From Octopus sinensis (Eukaryota), in NCBI RefSeq assembly GCF_006345805.1, contig NC_042998.1, forward strand, positions 92,690,001-92,754,000: a stretch of DNA of 64,000 bases, written 5' to 3'. The stretch's first letter is position 1. The number at the start of each line of letters is the position of its first letter. A program made the translations under genes and the position numbers. Of this stretch, positions 24,849 through 39,544 are shown one piece after another. The notes under the pieces are model-generated. The model ran no database searches. It was not told the origin of the DNA and saw nothing but the letters and a program-made list of their open reading frames with translations.

Positions 24849-26799
24849 GCAGATGTGTTACCAGTGCCGGTGGCATGTAAGAGAACTTTCCGTTTCGCGA
24901 CCGTTGCCAGCACCGCCCCGTTTCGTGTCCATTGCCAGCCTCGCCTGGCCCTCGTGCCGGTGGCACATAAAAAGCACCATCCATTCGTGGCCGTTTGCCA
25001 GCTCTGTCTGGCACCAGTGCGGGTGGCACGTAAAAAGCACCCACTACACTCACGGAGTGGTTGGCGTTAGGAAGGGCATCCAGCCGTAGAAACACTGCCA
25101 GATTTGACTGGGCCTGATGAAGCCTTCTGGCTTCACAGACCCCAGTAGAACCGTCCAACCCATGCTAGCATGGAAAACGGACGCTAAACGATGATGATGA
25201 TGATGATGATGATGATATGTATGCAGTTTAACAGGAGCTGGCTTGGTAGAAGATTGCTCCAAGCTTCAGTGTCTGTTTTGGTATGGTTTTTTTACAGCTA
25301 GATGCCCTTCCAAATGCCAACTACTTTACAGTGTGGACTGGAGGAAATAATTAATGCAGGAGGTGATTGTAGTGAAGGTGAAGAATAAGTGTATGAAAGA
25401 GGAAGACGTTTTGAGAGCTATTATCTTGTTCAGCAACAATAGCAGAGTGTATGAAGCATATAGTAGTCTGGGGTTGTATGCTGATGAAGCAGTAGTGATA
25501 TAACAGGTCTATATGTTGATTTGAACACTGGACCTTTTGGTTTACAATTAGGAAATTTTTCTTAAACAACAGTCAGAGTTTTGGCTGATTGAATAATGAT
25601 ATCACTTATTAGTTATTTCATGACATCATTCAGTTTTAAAAGGTTTAGTTTTTGTTTGTGGTAACCTTTTAATTGAAAGGAAAACAGTCTGGGCTCAAAC
25701 TGTGGCAGAGACCTGCTACAGTAGAGTATAGCAAACTTATGAAGGTTGAAGAGAAATCATTTGTAGAAATTACTGGATGTGTAAAAGTAATCTAAATGAG
25801 TTTTTTTTTATAAGTGAATAAAAACTGAATCACAAAGGAGCTGAAAGAGTGAGCAACAGAGCATTTGAAACAACACCTGAAGTATATAGAAAACATGAAT
25901 ATACTGGGATTGTTAATACATATGAGTAATGAGTGAAGGGTGAAAAAACCTTGAGTGCTGACAAATGAAGGTACATATTTTAGAAGACAGAGAAAGACAC
26001 AAGAAGAAGTGGTGAAGTAAAATTTCAGGAATTAGAATCTAACAGATAAGACAAAAAAGGAGCACACAGGAAGAGATAGTGATATGCTGGTAATAATAGT
26101 AGGATTTCAAAACGATGATAGTGATAGTGAACTTGGTGATGGTGATAATAACAACAGTGGTTATGGTGGCCGTGGTAGTAGTGGCAGTAGTAGCATCACT
26201 GCTGCTGCTGTTGCTACCAACAACCTTTAGGATGATGAGGAAGGGGAGGAGAAGGGAGTTAAAATGTGGTCATAACTAGAAAGCTAATTATAAGGTTAAG
26301 ACATAATGTACTTAGTTGAGAAGTAGAAAATAGTGTGCAATAAAGAATTCTTTTATTGCTTTTAATTATTGGTTTTTAAATCCCACCAAAGTCATGAAAG
26401 TCTTTTATAAGGCCAAAATTGCAGCAATGAGTCCTGAGAGTTTAGGCTGACAATAAAAATCATAAAAAAGATAATTGCTTTTTTATTCTTAGCTCTAGTG
26501 TAGTAAATAGTGTTAATTTCATAAACATTAACTCTTTTGTTACCATATTTCTGTTGAAATAGACTGTCATTGTTTCAAGTAATTTAAAAAATAATGAAGA
26601 TTTTAGTAAAATGAATTTGTCATTATTAAGCAAGCAGCAGTTTGGGATATGAATTAACATGAAATTTTGATGGAAGATTTTAATTTAGATCACTTCAAAA
26701 TGGAATGTTTGTATCATAGAGCTAAGGGTGGTCTCAGGTTGGTTGGTAGTAATAAGGTTAATGACTTGAAATATCAAGGTATATGTGATAATGATAGTG

Positions 26800-27140
26800 A
26801 AGATGCATAGCTCAGTGGTTAGAGCATAGGGCTCACAATCGGGAGATAGTGAGTTTGATTTCCAGACTTGGCTGTCTGTTGTGTTCTTGAGCAAGACACT
26901 TTATTTAACGTTGCTCCAGTTCACTCATCTGTAGAAATGAGTTGCGACATCACTGGTGCCAGGCTGTAACAGCCATTGCTTTTCCCTTGGATAACATTGG
27001 TGGTATGGAGAGGGGAGGCTGGTATGCATGAGCAACTGCTGGTCTTCCATAAACAACCTTGCTTGGAGTTGTGCCTCGGAGGGTAACTTTCTAGGTGCAA
27101 TCCCATGGTTGTTCATGAATGATGGGGGGTTTTACCCTTT
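26800..27140 (+). mobile_element. tRNA-derived SINE (family A head/core, different 3' part)
   Basis: TAGCTCAGTGGTTAG A box, GAGTTTGATTTCC B box-like, GTGTTCTTGAGCAAGACACTT core. Confidence 0.7.
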
Positions 27141-27649
27141 AATGCTAATGATAAAAGGAAAATATAATAATCCTGATCTCTAAGGCTAAAAAGGATTGGA
27201 ATTGAAAGTTATCCCCAAGAAAGCTATTTTCGAGATGACTTCTTTGTTTACAATGCATTTTTGTTATAATGACTACACTTCTTACCAATGTTTTTATTCA
27301 CACCACCAGTATTGGTTTCAAATTTTGGCAGAAGCCCAAAATGTCGACCCCAGTACTCAACTGGTTCTTATTTTATCAACCTTGAAAGGAAGAAAGACAA
27401 AGTCAATCTCGGCAGAATTTGAACTCAGAAAGTAAAGATGAACAAGATGTTGCTAAGCATTTTGTCCAGCATGCTAACAGTTCTGCCAGTTCCCTGCCTT
27501 ATTCACACCACTAATATTAATTTAATCTGGCAAGCTGATTGAACCATTAGCATGTTGGAAAATGCTGAGGGGCATTTCTTTCTGACTTTACATTCTGAGT
27601 TCAAATTCTGCCGAGGCTGACATTTCCTTCTGTCCCTATATCATCTCCC

Positions 27650-28457
27650 TCATCATCATCTTTTAATGTCTGCTTTCCATGCTGGCATGGGTTGGTTGGT
27701 TTGACTGAGAACTGGCAAGCCAGGTGGCTGCACCAGGCTCCGATCTGATATGGCAAGGTTTCTACAGCTGGATGCCCTTCCTAATGCCAACCACTCTGAG
27801 TGTGTAGTGGGTGCATTGGGGCCAATCAGGCAGCACTGGTATCAACCATGCTCAAATGGTGCTTTTTACATGCCACTGGCATGGGTGCCAGCCAGGCAGT
27901 ATTGGCATTGACCATGTTCAAATGGTGCTTTTTATGTGTCACCAGCATGGAAGCCAGTCAGGCTGCACTGGCATCAACCACACTCAAATGGTACTTTTTA
28001 CATGTCACTGGCACATCATCATTGTTTAACGTCCGCTTTCCATGCTAGCATGGGTTGGATGATTTGACTGAGGACTGGTGAACCAAATGTCTGCACCAGG
28101 CTCCAATCTGATCTGGCAGAGTTTCTGCAGCTGGATGCCCTTCCTAATGTTAACCACTCCGAGAGCGTAGTGGGTGCTTTTGTGTGCCACTGGCATGAGG
28201 GCCAGTCAGGCGGTACTGGCAACGGCCATGCTCAAATGGTGCTTTTTATGTGCCACCTGCACAGAAGCCAGTCCAGCAACACTGGTAACAACCTTGCTCA
28301 AATGTTTTTATCACGTACCACCGGCACAAGTGCCAGTAAGGCAACGCAGGTAATGAAGCCAAGTTGCTGCTCAGGCAACGATCACACTCAGATGGTGCTC
28401 TTAGCACTCCACCAGCAGAGATGCCAGTCATCGAATTTGATTTCGATTTCGATTTCA
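27650..28457 (-). mobile_element. Two tandem RTE-3'-related short elements
   Basis: Each starts on + with (CAT)n..CTTTCCATGC..GCATGGGTTGG and contains GGATGCCCTTCCTAATG, the reverse complement of the RTE 3' UTR. Confidence 0.75.
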
Positions 28458-31400
28458 AGAACTAGTTGAACACTGGGATTGATGCAATTCTCTCATAACA
28501 AAATTTCAGGCTGTGCCTAGAGTAAGAAGAAATATTAATTTAATCAAACGTGCATCATGTTGTAATAAGTTGGAAAAAATCTAACCATATCTGTACTTGT
28601 TGATTTTTATGAATCATAGCTGTTGGCTCTTTCTGTACCACATGAAATGTCACCAAGCTGAAAAGCATAACAACAGACATGCACACAAACACACACACAT
28701 ACTCACACATACATATACACACATATTCATAAACACACATACACAAACTCACAGACGTACACATACGTACACACACATACTCATGCACGTAGACACACAC
28801 ATTCACACATGCATACACTCACAGATGTACACTCACTTATGTACATGTGCACACACACACACACACACAGCATTACTAGTTCTTCAAACCCTAATTATTT
28901 TCTCTCTCACTCTCTCTCTCTGCCTCCTTTTCTCTCACAATCCTCTCCTCCCACAACCTTAACACCCCAACACCTTTTCTCATCTCCTTCCTCTGCCCCC
29001 TACCATGAACCCCTACTCTTCTTTCCTTCCATGACTCACTCAAGATTCATCACCACCTAAGTCTACTGTTCCCTGCCTGTCCTCTTTCCCCCACACCTGT
29101 GCATACTTAACCCTTACAATGTTGGGTAGCGCTAGACCACCCTCCTTACACAAACACACCACATCAATTTTTCAACGCTTCCCTTTTTCTCAACCCTGTC
29201 TAACTCCTTTTCTCTCAATATACTTCCAAGATCCCTTTTGGTTGGCCATTCCCTCATCTCTCTGCCTAAAAATCACCCTCCACTTTTCTCAGTTACAAGG
29301 GCCACTTTAGACCCTTAGCCTTGTGAATTACAAGGTGATCATCACTACTACTGGTGCCATGGAGGAAAAGAATCACTCTGTACACTCCGTAATGTGTTTG
29401 GCATTAGGAGGGGCACCCAGCAGTAGAAACCATGCCCAAGTGGACATTACTGCATGATGCAGTCCTCCACCTTGTCCAACCTTGTCAAATCATTTAATCT
29501 ATGCCATCAGAAAAGATGGACATTGAAAGAAGATGATGATGATAATGATGATGATGATGATGATGATATCAGAGATATATCAAAACCTCAATGTGACAGA
29601 CATGTTATTGACAATGTAGTATCAACTTCCTGTATTAGGTAATTTGATTTTTACATACTACAGACAGTGAACTACTAAGTAATCAATAGTAAGAGAACTT
29701 GCATTTTGTATGAGATCTCCCCAGACTTCCTGGATTTTCATATCTTAAGATGATTTTTATCTTCTTGAATATATATGTGTGTGTGTGTTTATGTGTTTTT
29801 GCATGTGCATGTCTTTGTGTGTTTGTGTCTTTGTGTGTCTTTGTATGTGTGTTTTTGTGTCTTTGTATGTGTGTTTTTGTGTCTTTGTATGTGTGTGTGT
29901 GTGCTTTTGTGTGTGTATGTCTTTGTGTCTTTGTTCGTGTGTGTGTTGTGTGTGTGTGTGTGTGTGTGCATGTGTCTTTGTGTGTGTTTGTCCCTCACCA
30001 CTGCTTGACAACCAGTGTTAGTTTGTTTACATCTCTGTAATGGGCATTGGCGCAGTCTAATAACTAAATCAAGTGAAAGGAATATTGTAGTTCTTTTTTT
30101 TGATTTTCATAAAGGTTTTCATTGACTTTAGGATTTGTTGTTTCTTGTAAAATGCAGTCAACCTTAGACAAGCCTGTAGCTCTCATCCGAGTGCTTCACC
30201 CAAACAATCAACAATAAAACTTTTAAATATTGGTTTCAAATTTCGGTGCAAGGCCAGTAAGTTTGAGGCTGGGAGTAAGTTGATAACATTGAGCCCAGTT
30301 TTCACCTGGTACTTATTTTATCGACCCCAAAAGAATAAAAGGCAAAGTTGACTTTGACAGAATTTGAACTCAGAATGCAAAGATGAATGAAATGCTATCG
30401 AGCATTTTGATCTGGCAGTTTGCAACCCTAACTTTTAGATATCAACCTTCATTGAAAGATGCACCCTACAATGTAACCTACAATATGTGCCAAGCAGATA
30501 TTAGCAGTCATAGCATCATCTATGTGAGACTATTTTGGCATCTCAGCTATCGGAGAAGGGAAGTTTGTGAACTAATTTCTGTTGGAGTATGTTTTCAGAT
30601 TGATTACAACTGATAGTTTTGAATGAAGGCAGCATAAACAGACACCTTTTAACCAATAGCAAGAATTCATTGCTAACGTTTTTGCTGTAATACATGGTAA
30701 TCATCAGTACGGTTTGTAGAGTCAGATCTCATGGACACTTGTCTCTCATACACTAACCAACAGTCCTTCACACTAGAGAACTTGGGTAAAAACCAGTATT
30801 GTTGCCCTGACAGTAACCAAGCTTCTAAACTTGCCTGACAGGGGAAAATCCTATGTTGTCTAATTATTGCTTAACAAAACACCCTCTATCCAGTCAGCCA
30901 GCAGACTAGAAATAGTAGATATATTCCCTTAAATTACACTTTACCATCTTAAAATAGGAAGGACAGTTTGGATATACAAAAAAATAGAAAATGATAAAAT
31001 GAAAAACTAGATAGTCAAAGCTACAACGTTTTGATCAATTGGTCTGCTTGTTTAGAACTGACATTTATTGGATCAGATATTTTCTGTAAAACTGCCCCAT
31101 GACAGTTTTTTATCAACAAGACCTTCTCTGATCTTCATTATACCAAATCTAATATATTTAGAGTTTGATCATGTCCCTCACACTCATCCTTCAGGATGTA
31201 ATATGCTTAATCATTGTCACTGCTAGTCACAAACACTCTTAAACAGATGAATCACCACTGAGTCCACTTTACGTAAATGTCACCAACATTGAAATTGGTT
31301 GCCTCACATAAGACTATTGGTTTGTGTTTGAGGGACTTCGCTGCACCCTTCATACTTATGAACAAAAGAAAAAGGATAACCATTGTAAAACTTGCTAACA

Positions 31401-31909
31401 TGTATACCATACTCTCACTAATTGTTTTAAGTGCTTGTGTAGTCACAAGCAGATGTAGACCTCTCTTAGTATTCCCACTCTTGATCCAGCAGAACATCAA
31501 GAATATTCATTTCTACTCTAGGCACAAGGCCCAAAGACTTTGGGGAGGGGGCCAGTCAATTAGATCAACCCCAGTACACAACTGATACTTAATTTATTGA
31601 CCCCAAAAGGATGAAATGCAAAGCCGACCTTGGCAGAACTTGTACTCAGAACATAAAAACAGACGAAATACAACTAAACATTTTGCCTGGAATGCTAACA
31701 TTTCTGCCAGCTTGCCGCCTGAGAACATTATGAATATTACAGCTGAAAGGATAGATGGATGTGCCAGCATGTAGCTGGTATTCCTTTTCTGTTGATCAGA
31801 CTGGAGCAACATAAAATGAAGTGCCTTGCTCAAGGACTCAATACACCACTCAATCCAGGAACTGAACCCATGACTGTGTGCCCAACAAAGTATCCACTAA
31901 GCTACACAG

Positions 31910-32300
31910 CTAGGCATGGCTGTTTGGTTAGAAGCTTATTTCCCAACCACATGGCTCCAGGTTCAGTCCTACTACATAGCACCTTGAGCAAGTGTCTTCT
32001 ACTATAGCCTCCAGCCAACTAAAGCCTTGTGAGTGGATTTGGTAGGCGGAAACTGAAAGAAGCCTGTTGTATATATATAAATATGTATATGTTTATGTGT
32101 CTATGATTGTCCCCCAACCATTGCTTGATAACTGATGTTGGTATGTTTACGGCCCCATAACTTAGTGGTTCAACAAAAGGAACCAATAGAATAAGTAGAA
32201 GGCTTACAAAGAATAAGTCCTGGGGTTGATTCATTTGACTAAAGGTGGTGCTCCAGCATGGCTACAGTCAAATGACTGAAACAAGTAAAAGAACATAAGA
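31910..32300 (+). mobile_element. tRNA-derived SINE family C, full length
   Basis: GGCATGGCTGTTTGGTTAGAAGCTT..GGTTCAGTCC head, CACCTTGAGCAAGTGTCTT core, internal TA tract, GACTGAAACAAGTAAAAGA end. Confidence 0.8.
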
Positions 32301-33099
32301 ATTGCTAAATATCTCATAATCTTCAATAATCCCTTTTGTTATAAATAATCTGGGGCACCACCTTGAAGAATTTTTAGTTAAATGAATTGTCCCTAGTACT
32401 TACTTTTTTTAAGCCTGGTACTTATTCTGTCAGTCTCTTTTGCTGAACTGCTAAGTTGGTGGGACTGAATCTAGAACTATATGATTGGGAAGCAATCTTC
32501 TTACCACACAGCCATGCCTGCACACACACATATACACACACACACACACACATATGTGTGTGTGTGTGTGTGTGTATTTCCTGTTCAAGTTTATAGTATG
32601 GAATGCACACCTTGGACAAAACCTCTCAGTTATGGCATGGAAGTCTTTGAAAACTATGTGATGTGCCTAATGTTAGGACATTAAGCTAACTGACCTTTGA
32701 GCTATGTCTGGGGTTATCCCTAGTGAAGTGTAGTTAAGATTCAAACTAAGTAAACTATGTGAGCAGACTGAAAGATTTATGAAAGGCCCCGAGGGACTGG
32801 CGAGGGTAGAAAAGTAGAAGAAGTCATAATGTACATAAACAAAGATGAAAGAATTGCAGATTGGTTTACCTTCAACAACTGGATCAAGATAAACCTTACA
32901 AGTAAAGGGAGAGGTTTTTTTTTTTCATATGCAATTACAGTCTGCTCATTTGAGGAAAAGCAAAATTTGACAATGACCTTGAAAATGATGTCTACCACAA
33001 AGAAATTCCTAGCTATTGTTGACAGGGTTAAGTAACAACATCAGAAAATAAATTGATATAATTTGCATATCTTTTTAACACACTACAAAATACTGAACA

Positions 33100-33415
33100 A
33101 CAATCTAGATTAACAAGCTGGCCAAACATAATGGCTTAGAATAGACAGTGTAAAGCATAATACTAAAAGAATTAGTAAGATGACCTATTGTAGCTTAAAG
33201 AGATAAATTTGAGATTTTAAATTAAGGAATAGATGCATATATTATGCAGTTATAATATGCAGCAACCTAGATTAATGAGCTAGACAAACAATGACTTAAA
33301 ATAAATAGGGTAAAACACAGTAATAATAGAGATAGTAAGATGACCTAGTATGGCATAAAAAGATAAATTTGGCATTTTAAACTAAAGAATAGAGATATAT
33401 AATATGTAGTTAATG
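33100..33415 (+). repeat. Diverged tandem duplication, ~160-bp unit x2
   Basis: CTAGATTAA.., TAGTAAGATGACCTA.. and AGATAAATTTG.. each occur twice ~160 bp apart. Confidence 0.75.
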
Positions 33416-34083
33416 TGCTAAAGTATGTTTTTCTGAATAGTTAAAATTAAAGTAGAAAGGTTGACCAGATGATCTCATTGTTTTCTGATTTTGTTTAGAA
33501 TATATTTTCAAATAATGTCAGAAGCTATTTCAAAATAAAGGCTACTTAATTTGAAACACATTTGTTCTGAATTTAATCATTTACAAGACACACCTTAATT
33601 TTGGTAAATCTTTTCTTGGAAAGTTTCTTTAAAAAAAAAAAAAAAAAACTGTTTCCACTTGACTTTCATTGCTCTCTCACCTATCAAGTCATTTCAAAGT
33701 TTGATGTATCCAGATTGTTATGAAATCTGACTGAAAAAATCTCATTGAGAAACCTTAACCCTTTAGTTTTTATGTTTCTAACTAAAATACACCTTCCTAT
33801 GAGTTTCAATCAAATTTTCAAATGAGTGAATTCCAAATAGTTTCACAAAACGCCCTTGGCACTTTGTTTATGCATGTACAGCTAAGATATTCACTTTCAC
33901 TTTCGAACTGCATCGTTTGTGGTTCAGTTCTGTTATGTAGCAACCTGAGCAAGTGTCTTCTATAATCCCTGACTGACCACTTCCTTATGAGTGGATTTGA
34001 TTGTTGGGAACTAAATAAAGGCCCATTGCCTGATACATATGTGTGCATATGTTTGTGTGTGTGTGTGAGAGAGAGAGTGAGAG

Positions 34084-34116
<33 letters not shown>

Positions 34117-34569
34117 TGTGTGTGTGTAATGTATGTCTGTGTGCATGTGTGCCTGTTTGTGTGAGTGAGTTCATATTTCCCTTATTTCCACTGGTTTCTG
34201 GATGATCGATCCCTGCCAGTGTCATTTACTTGTAATATGCGACCACAGAAGCATGTCTTGACATACTGCATGATCTTCATAAACAGAAGGCTCATTCGTT
34301 ATATTGTTTGTTTCCAGTTGTCTGCATAAAACACATCCAGGCTGTTTGTTATTGGGGTTGGTGACAGGAAGGGCAACCTACTTGAAAAATCTCTTCCCCA
34401 GTGTATTCTTGTCTGACCTAAGCAAGCATAGAAAAGTAATCATAAAAACATGAGGAATAATTTACACAAAAGTCAATAAAAAGTTCTTACATAAATCTCT
34501 TATGGAATTTTTGTCTCAAAACTACTCGACTTACAGACAAGTATAGATCAAATCTGAATTGATAAAGTT

Positions 34570-35610
34570 ATCTTTTAACTTTTACTTGCTTTAGACATTA
34601 GACCATGGCCACACTGGAGCACAATCTTGAAGAATTTTTTAGTCAAATGAATCAACCCAATACTTATTTTTTTTAGCCGGGTACTAACTCTATTGGTCTC
34701 TTTTGCTGAACCACACAAACACACCAATACCAGTTGTCAAACAGTGATAGGGGATAAACAGAGTACAAAGACACACACACACACAACAGGCTTCTTTCAG
34801 TTTCCATCTACCATATCCGCTCATAAGGATTTGATTGGCCTGAGGCTATAGTGGAAGACACTTGTCCAAGGTGTCACACAGTGGGACTGAAACTAGAACC
34901 ATGTGGTTGAGAAGCAAACTTCTTACCACATGGCAGTGCCTGTACCTATCTTCTTTTATTCTTTTATTTGTTTCAGGCATTTGATTGTGGCCATGCTGGA
35001 GCACCACCTTTTAGTCAAACAAATCAACCCCAGGACTTATTTTTTGTAAGCCTAGTACTTATTCTATCAGTGTCTTTTGCTGAACCACCAAATTATTGGG
35101 ACGTGAACACACCAATATCTGTTGTCAGGCGATGGTGGTGGAGAGGACAAATACAGACACGCAAACATATACACACACAGACACAGACACACACACATAC
35201 ATACATACATACATATATACATACATACATACATACATACATGCATACATACATAAATATATATATATATATATATATATAGTAAATCCCAAAATACGAA
35301 GAACAAATACAAAAATACAGGGAAGGAAAGAAAGATGGTTTAAATGCTTTGAGCAAAGCTCTTCTTCAGAAACAGAGGAAAGTCCAATAAAAAAGGAAGA
35401 CAGAGGAAAAAAAAATTGCCAACAATTCACATGCGGTTATTTATACAATGTGCTTCTTTCGGTTTCTGTCTACCAAATCCACTCACAAGGCTTTGGTCAG
35501 CTTGAGGCAATAGAAGAAGACACTTACCCAAAGTGCTACACAGTGGGATTGAACCCAGAAGCATATGGTTGGTAAATACGTTACTTACCATGCAGCCACT
35601 CCTGCACCTA
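34570..35610 (-). mobile_element. Two tandem family C SINEs; the second hosts a degenerate HHR element (35281-35440)
   Basis: Family C motifs twice; insert minus strand CTGAAGA-A-GAGC(TTT)GCTC-AAAGC next to (TA)n. Confidence 0.7.
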
Positions 35611-35982
35611 TATTAAATTTATTTTTTTATCCCCATATAAAATGGATTATTAGCTAATATATAATCTCTCACACTACAATGTGAAACGGTTGCATAGCCA
35701 TGACATTTTGCACATTTCATCTGCTTATTATAAACATTATCACTGTTATGTAATTTTAAACTCCAAGAAACAGATGTCAAGTAAAAAATCTATGCCCTCT
35801 CTTGTTATCTTTATTTTCTCCTGTATCTTTTATAGATGTAAAAGTAAGTTTATTTATGAATATATATATAAATATCTACATACTTGTACATATGTGTTTA
35901 TCTTTTGAATATATTTGGTTTTTCTATCTCTATATATCCCTATATATATATATGTGTATATGTATGTATATGTGTGTGTGTA

Positions 35983-36016
<34 letters not shown>

Positions 36017-36024
<8 letters not shown>

Positions 36025-36831
36025 AAAAATATGGTAAAGTAAAAAAACTGCAAATAAAAGTCTCCAGACAATGCATACTCAGAAAAGAAATAGCCAAATT
36101 TTTGGCTGCTATTTCTGAAAAGTTCGGTGTGTGGTAAAGTGAATTTTTTTACTTTACCATATTTTTATAAATTAATACTTCAAATATACCGTAAATGGTC
36201 TTTACATACCGAATACTGCTTGGCCGAATTTATTAACAATTAATTAATTCGACCCCTTTTTTGATAACAATATAATGCTTTCTCTCCAAGAATTTGAACT
36301 ACAGTTTTTACCTCTGTAGAAATGTAATGCTCTATGACTCACGTGGGTGGACAGGGAGAATAATAGATCTCATTCGTATTTTTGGATTCGCTTGTACTGG
36401 GTGTCTGGCATGGTTTGTCCGATGTTGCAGATATCGGACGGGTATGTTTGATTCTTAGTATTTTCAAATCTAAATCAGAAGAAATCTCTGAGCTGATGAA
36501 GGAAAAGTGGCGTTTTACCCACAAATCCAGAAACAGACTGTCCTCGGGTATCGTATATGGATGTGATCTTTCATTGTTTTTCCCTTATACCTATGTGAGT
36601 TATTTTTCTGAGTATGCATTGTCTGGAGACTTTTATTTGCAGTTGAAGAAATAGCCAAATTTTTGGCTGCTATTTCTGAAAAGTTCGGTGTGTGGTAAAG
36701 TGAATTTTTTTACTTTACCATATTTTTATAAATTAATACTTCAAATATACCGTAAATGGTCTTTACATACCGAATACTGCTTGGCCGAATTTATTAACAA
36801 TTAATTAATTCGACCCCTGTTTTGATAACAA
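36017..36831 (+). mobile_element. Non-autonomous PLE/retrozyme-like element: short inverted arm + 561-bp partial tandem
   Basis: 36087-36270 repeated almost exactly at 36648-36831; 36017-36086 is reverse complement of parts of the unit; flanked by (TA)n on both sides. Confidence 0.8.
36488..36547 (+). ncRNA. Type I hammerhead ribozyme
   Basis: CTGAG-CTGATGA-A-GGA..GTGG..CCAC..TCC-A-GAAAC-AGACT-GTC-CTCGG; stem III ACAG-A-CTGT palindrome; GUC at 36540-36542. Confidence 0.8.
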
Positions 36832-36874
36832 TATATATATATAATACATATATATATATGTATATATACATATA

Positions 36875-37382
<508 letters not shown>

Positions 37383-38635
37383 TATATATAAATACGTGGA
37401 ATCCGGAGTAGCTGCTGGCTCTCCAGACCTCATTCAAAACGTCCAACCCATGCCAGCATGGAAAACGGACGTTAAACGATGATGATGATTCTATATATAT
37501 TCAAACGTTTCAAACCTTATTGTGTTTATTTACTTCACTATGTTATGTAAATTTTATAAATGCATAGTGTTATATTTACTGCATGTAAGCTTTAGGGATA
37601 TCCTGTTTGGTATGCAGCTGACTGGTAGTTTGTTTATGTGTATGGTCAAGCCTTGCTACACATTTCCTGACTGATGTTATTTGATACAACATTGCTATAC
37701 ATCCTTACTTCAGAAAATACTCATAACTCTTGGAAGTAATTTTCTAAGAGATATTTCTAGTGAATTTTATTGGATACTGCAGCACTTAAAGCACCAATTG
37801 TCAGTAACTCTGGCCTTCTATTTATAAAGCACATGCTGATTGTCTTGGACATTTTGTGGTGGGAAACGTATGAGGTATGAGCTGTCAAATAATGTGTATG
37901 TAGAAATATGACATTTAAAAATAAATGAAAATGATATAATAACAGTAATAACAACAGTACACCTCTCTTGAAAATTATTAGTTAAATGAAAGACTTCTTA
38001 AAATCAGTAGTATCTTCAGCAAAAGGTGAAAGATTCATCTGCTTGGGGTAAAAAAATATTTTCATAAAAAGAAGCATTTTCATAAAAATATATATTTTTA
38101 TGAAAAAAATGTTTTCATAAACTAGAAATTGTGTAAAAGAATATTTCTGTAAAGAATAAAAATTTTTGGTAAAAAAATATTTTGGTAAAAGAAAAAGTTT
38201 TTGTGAAGGAAATATAAAATTATTTTGTAAAAATTTTTTTTTCATACAAAAACTGAAAAGTATTTTTTAAAGCAAAATATTTTTATAAAAAAAGGCAAAA
38301 ATCAGAAGTGTCTGCCAATGGATTATTAGTCCTGTTATCTTCAAAATAGGAATCGCTTCACCTCAACAAAAAGAGGTTAGTAGTGTTTATATATATCCTA
38401 AAGGCATTGGTTACAGAAAAATAATCCAGAAATTAAATCTATGTTGCAGATCCACAGGAAGCTGATATCTTACAGTATGGTACTTGCAGCAGTAAATCTG
38501 AAAACATAAGTATAGTTAAGGACTTAGCTGACAAAATACTGCTGAGCATTTCACCTGTCATGCTAATGATTCTGCCAGCTCACTGCCTAAATAGTAATAA
38601 TAATAATAATAATAATAATGATAATAATAATAATA

Positions 38636-38666
<31 letters not shown>

Positions 38667-38770
38667 CCTTTCTACTATAGGCACAAGGTCTGCATTTTGT
38701 GGGGAGAGGGACAGTTGATCACATCAACCCCAGTGTTTCACTGATACTTAATTTATCAACATTAACTAAT

Positions 38771-39035
38771 GACTTGCCTGCATTATTTACATTATTTATA
38801 TTATTTACATTTGATGGATATTTGTCCTCATCTTGTTTGTTGTTAACACGTTTTGGCTGATATACCCTCCAGCCTTCATGAGGTGTCTTGGGGAAATTTG
38901 ATGAAGGCTGGAGGGTATATCAGCCGAAACATTGTGTTAACAATGAACAAGATGAGGACAAATACCCGTCAAATATAAATAATGTATATAATGTACATAA
39001 TTCCTCATCTCTTAAATATAGGACTTGCCTTCATT
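38771..39035. mobile_element. Inverted pair of 3' ends of the tRNA-HHR element, with probable TSD
   Basis: 38781-38880 is reverse complement of 38899-38995; GACTTGCCT(G/T)CATT at 38771-84 and 39022-35. Confidence 0.8.
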
Positions 39036-39544
39036 TATATAATTGCAGTGGCAAATTGGTGAAGTCATTAGAGCATTGTGTTATACATTCCACCTCTGAG
39101 TTCAAATCCCATTGAGATCACTTTTGGAGTAAAAAAAAAAATAAAGTGCCATGCTAGGGTGAGGGACTGGCAAAATCTCTAGGGCATTGAACAATATTTT
39201 GCATTCCGACTTCAAATCTTGCTGTTGCTTACTAATTATTCACCCAGTTTAACATCAGATCCTGATTCTTGTGTGCCTTCAGCAGATTTCACTAGTTTGC
39301 AAACATCTGAACTATTGCTCCAGTTTGAAGATACCTTCCACTGTCCTAAAGATATCTTCATGTTCATCTTAGAGGCCCTGAGAAGGGTTTATGAGCATTG
39401 CCTTCAATCCTGACTAAGCAATTATCATCATCATCATTGTCATTTAACATCTGCTTTCCATGCTAGCATGGGTTGGATGGTTTGACTGAGGGCTGGCAAG
39501 CCAGAAGGCTGCACCAGGCTCCAATCTAATAATAATAATCATAA

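Larger units (their letters stand above)
21497..25216 (+). mobile_element. RTE-clade LINE, nearly full length, (GAT)n tail
   Basis: APE + RT coding region, 3' UTR, terminal (GAT)n. Confidence 0.93.

Noticed and set aside
21468-25226. TSD for the RTE copy (TATGTATGCA on both sides)
   Set aside because: Lies in microsatellite-like sequence and is not adjacent to the 5' junction; not reliable.
30383-33035. Short ORFs at 30383, 31252, 31277 and 32829 as host exons
   Set aside because: No recognisable domains; some look like very decayed LINE fragments.
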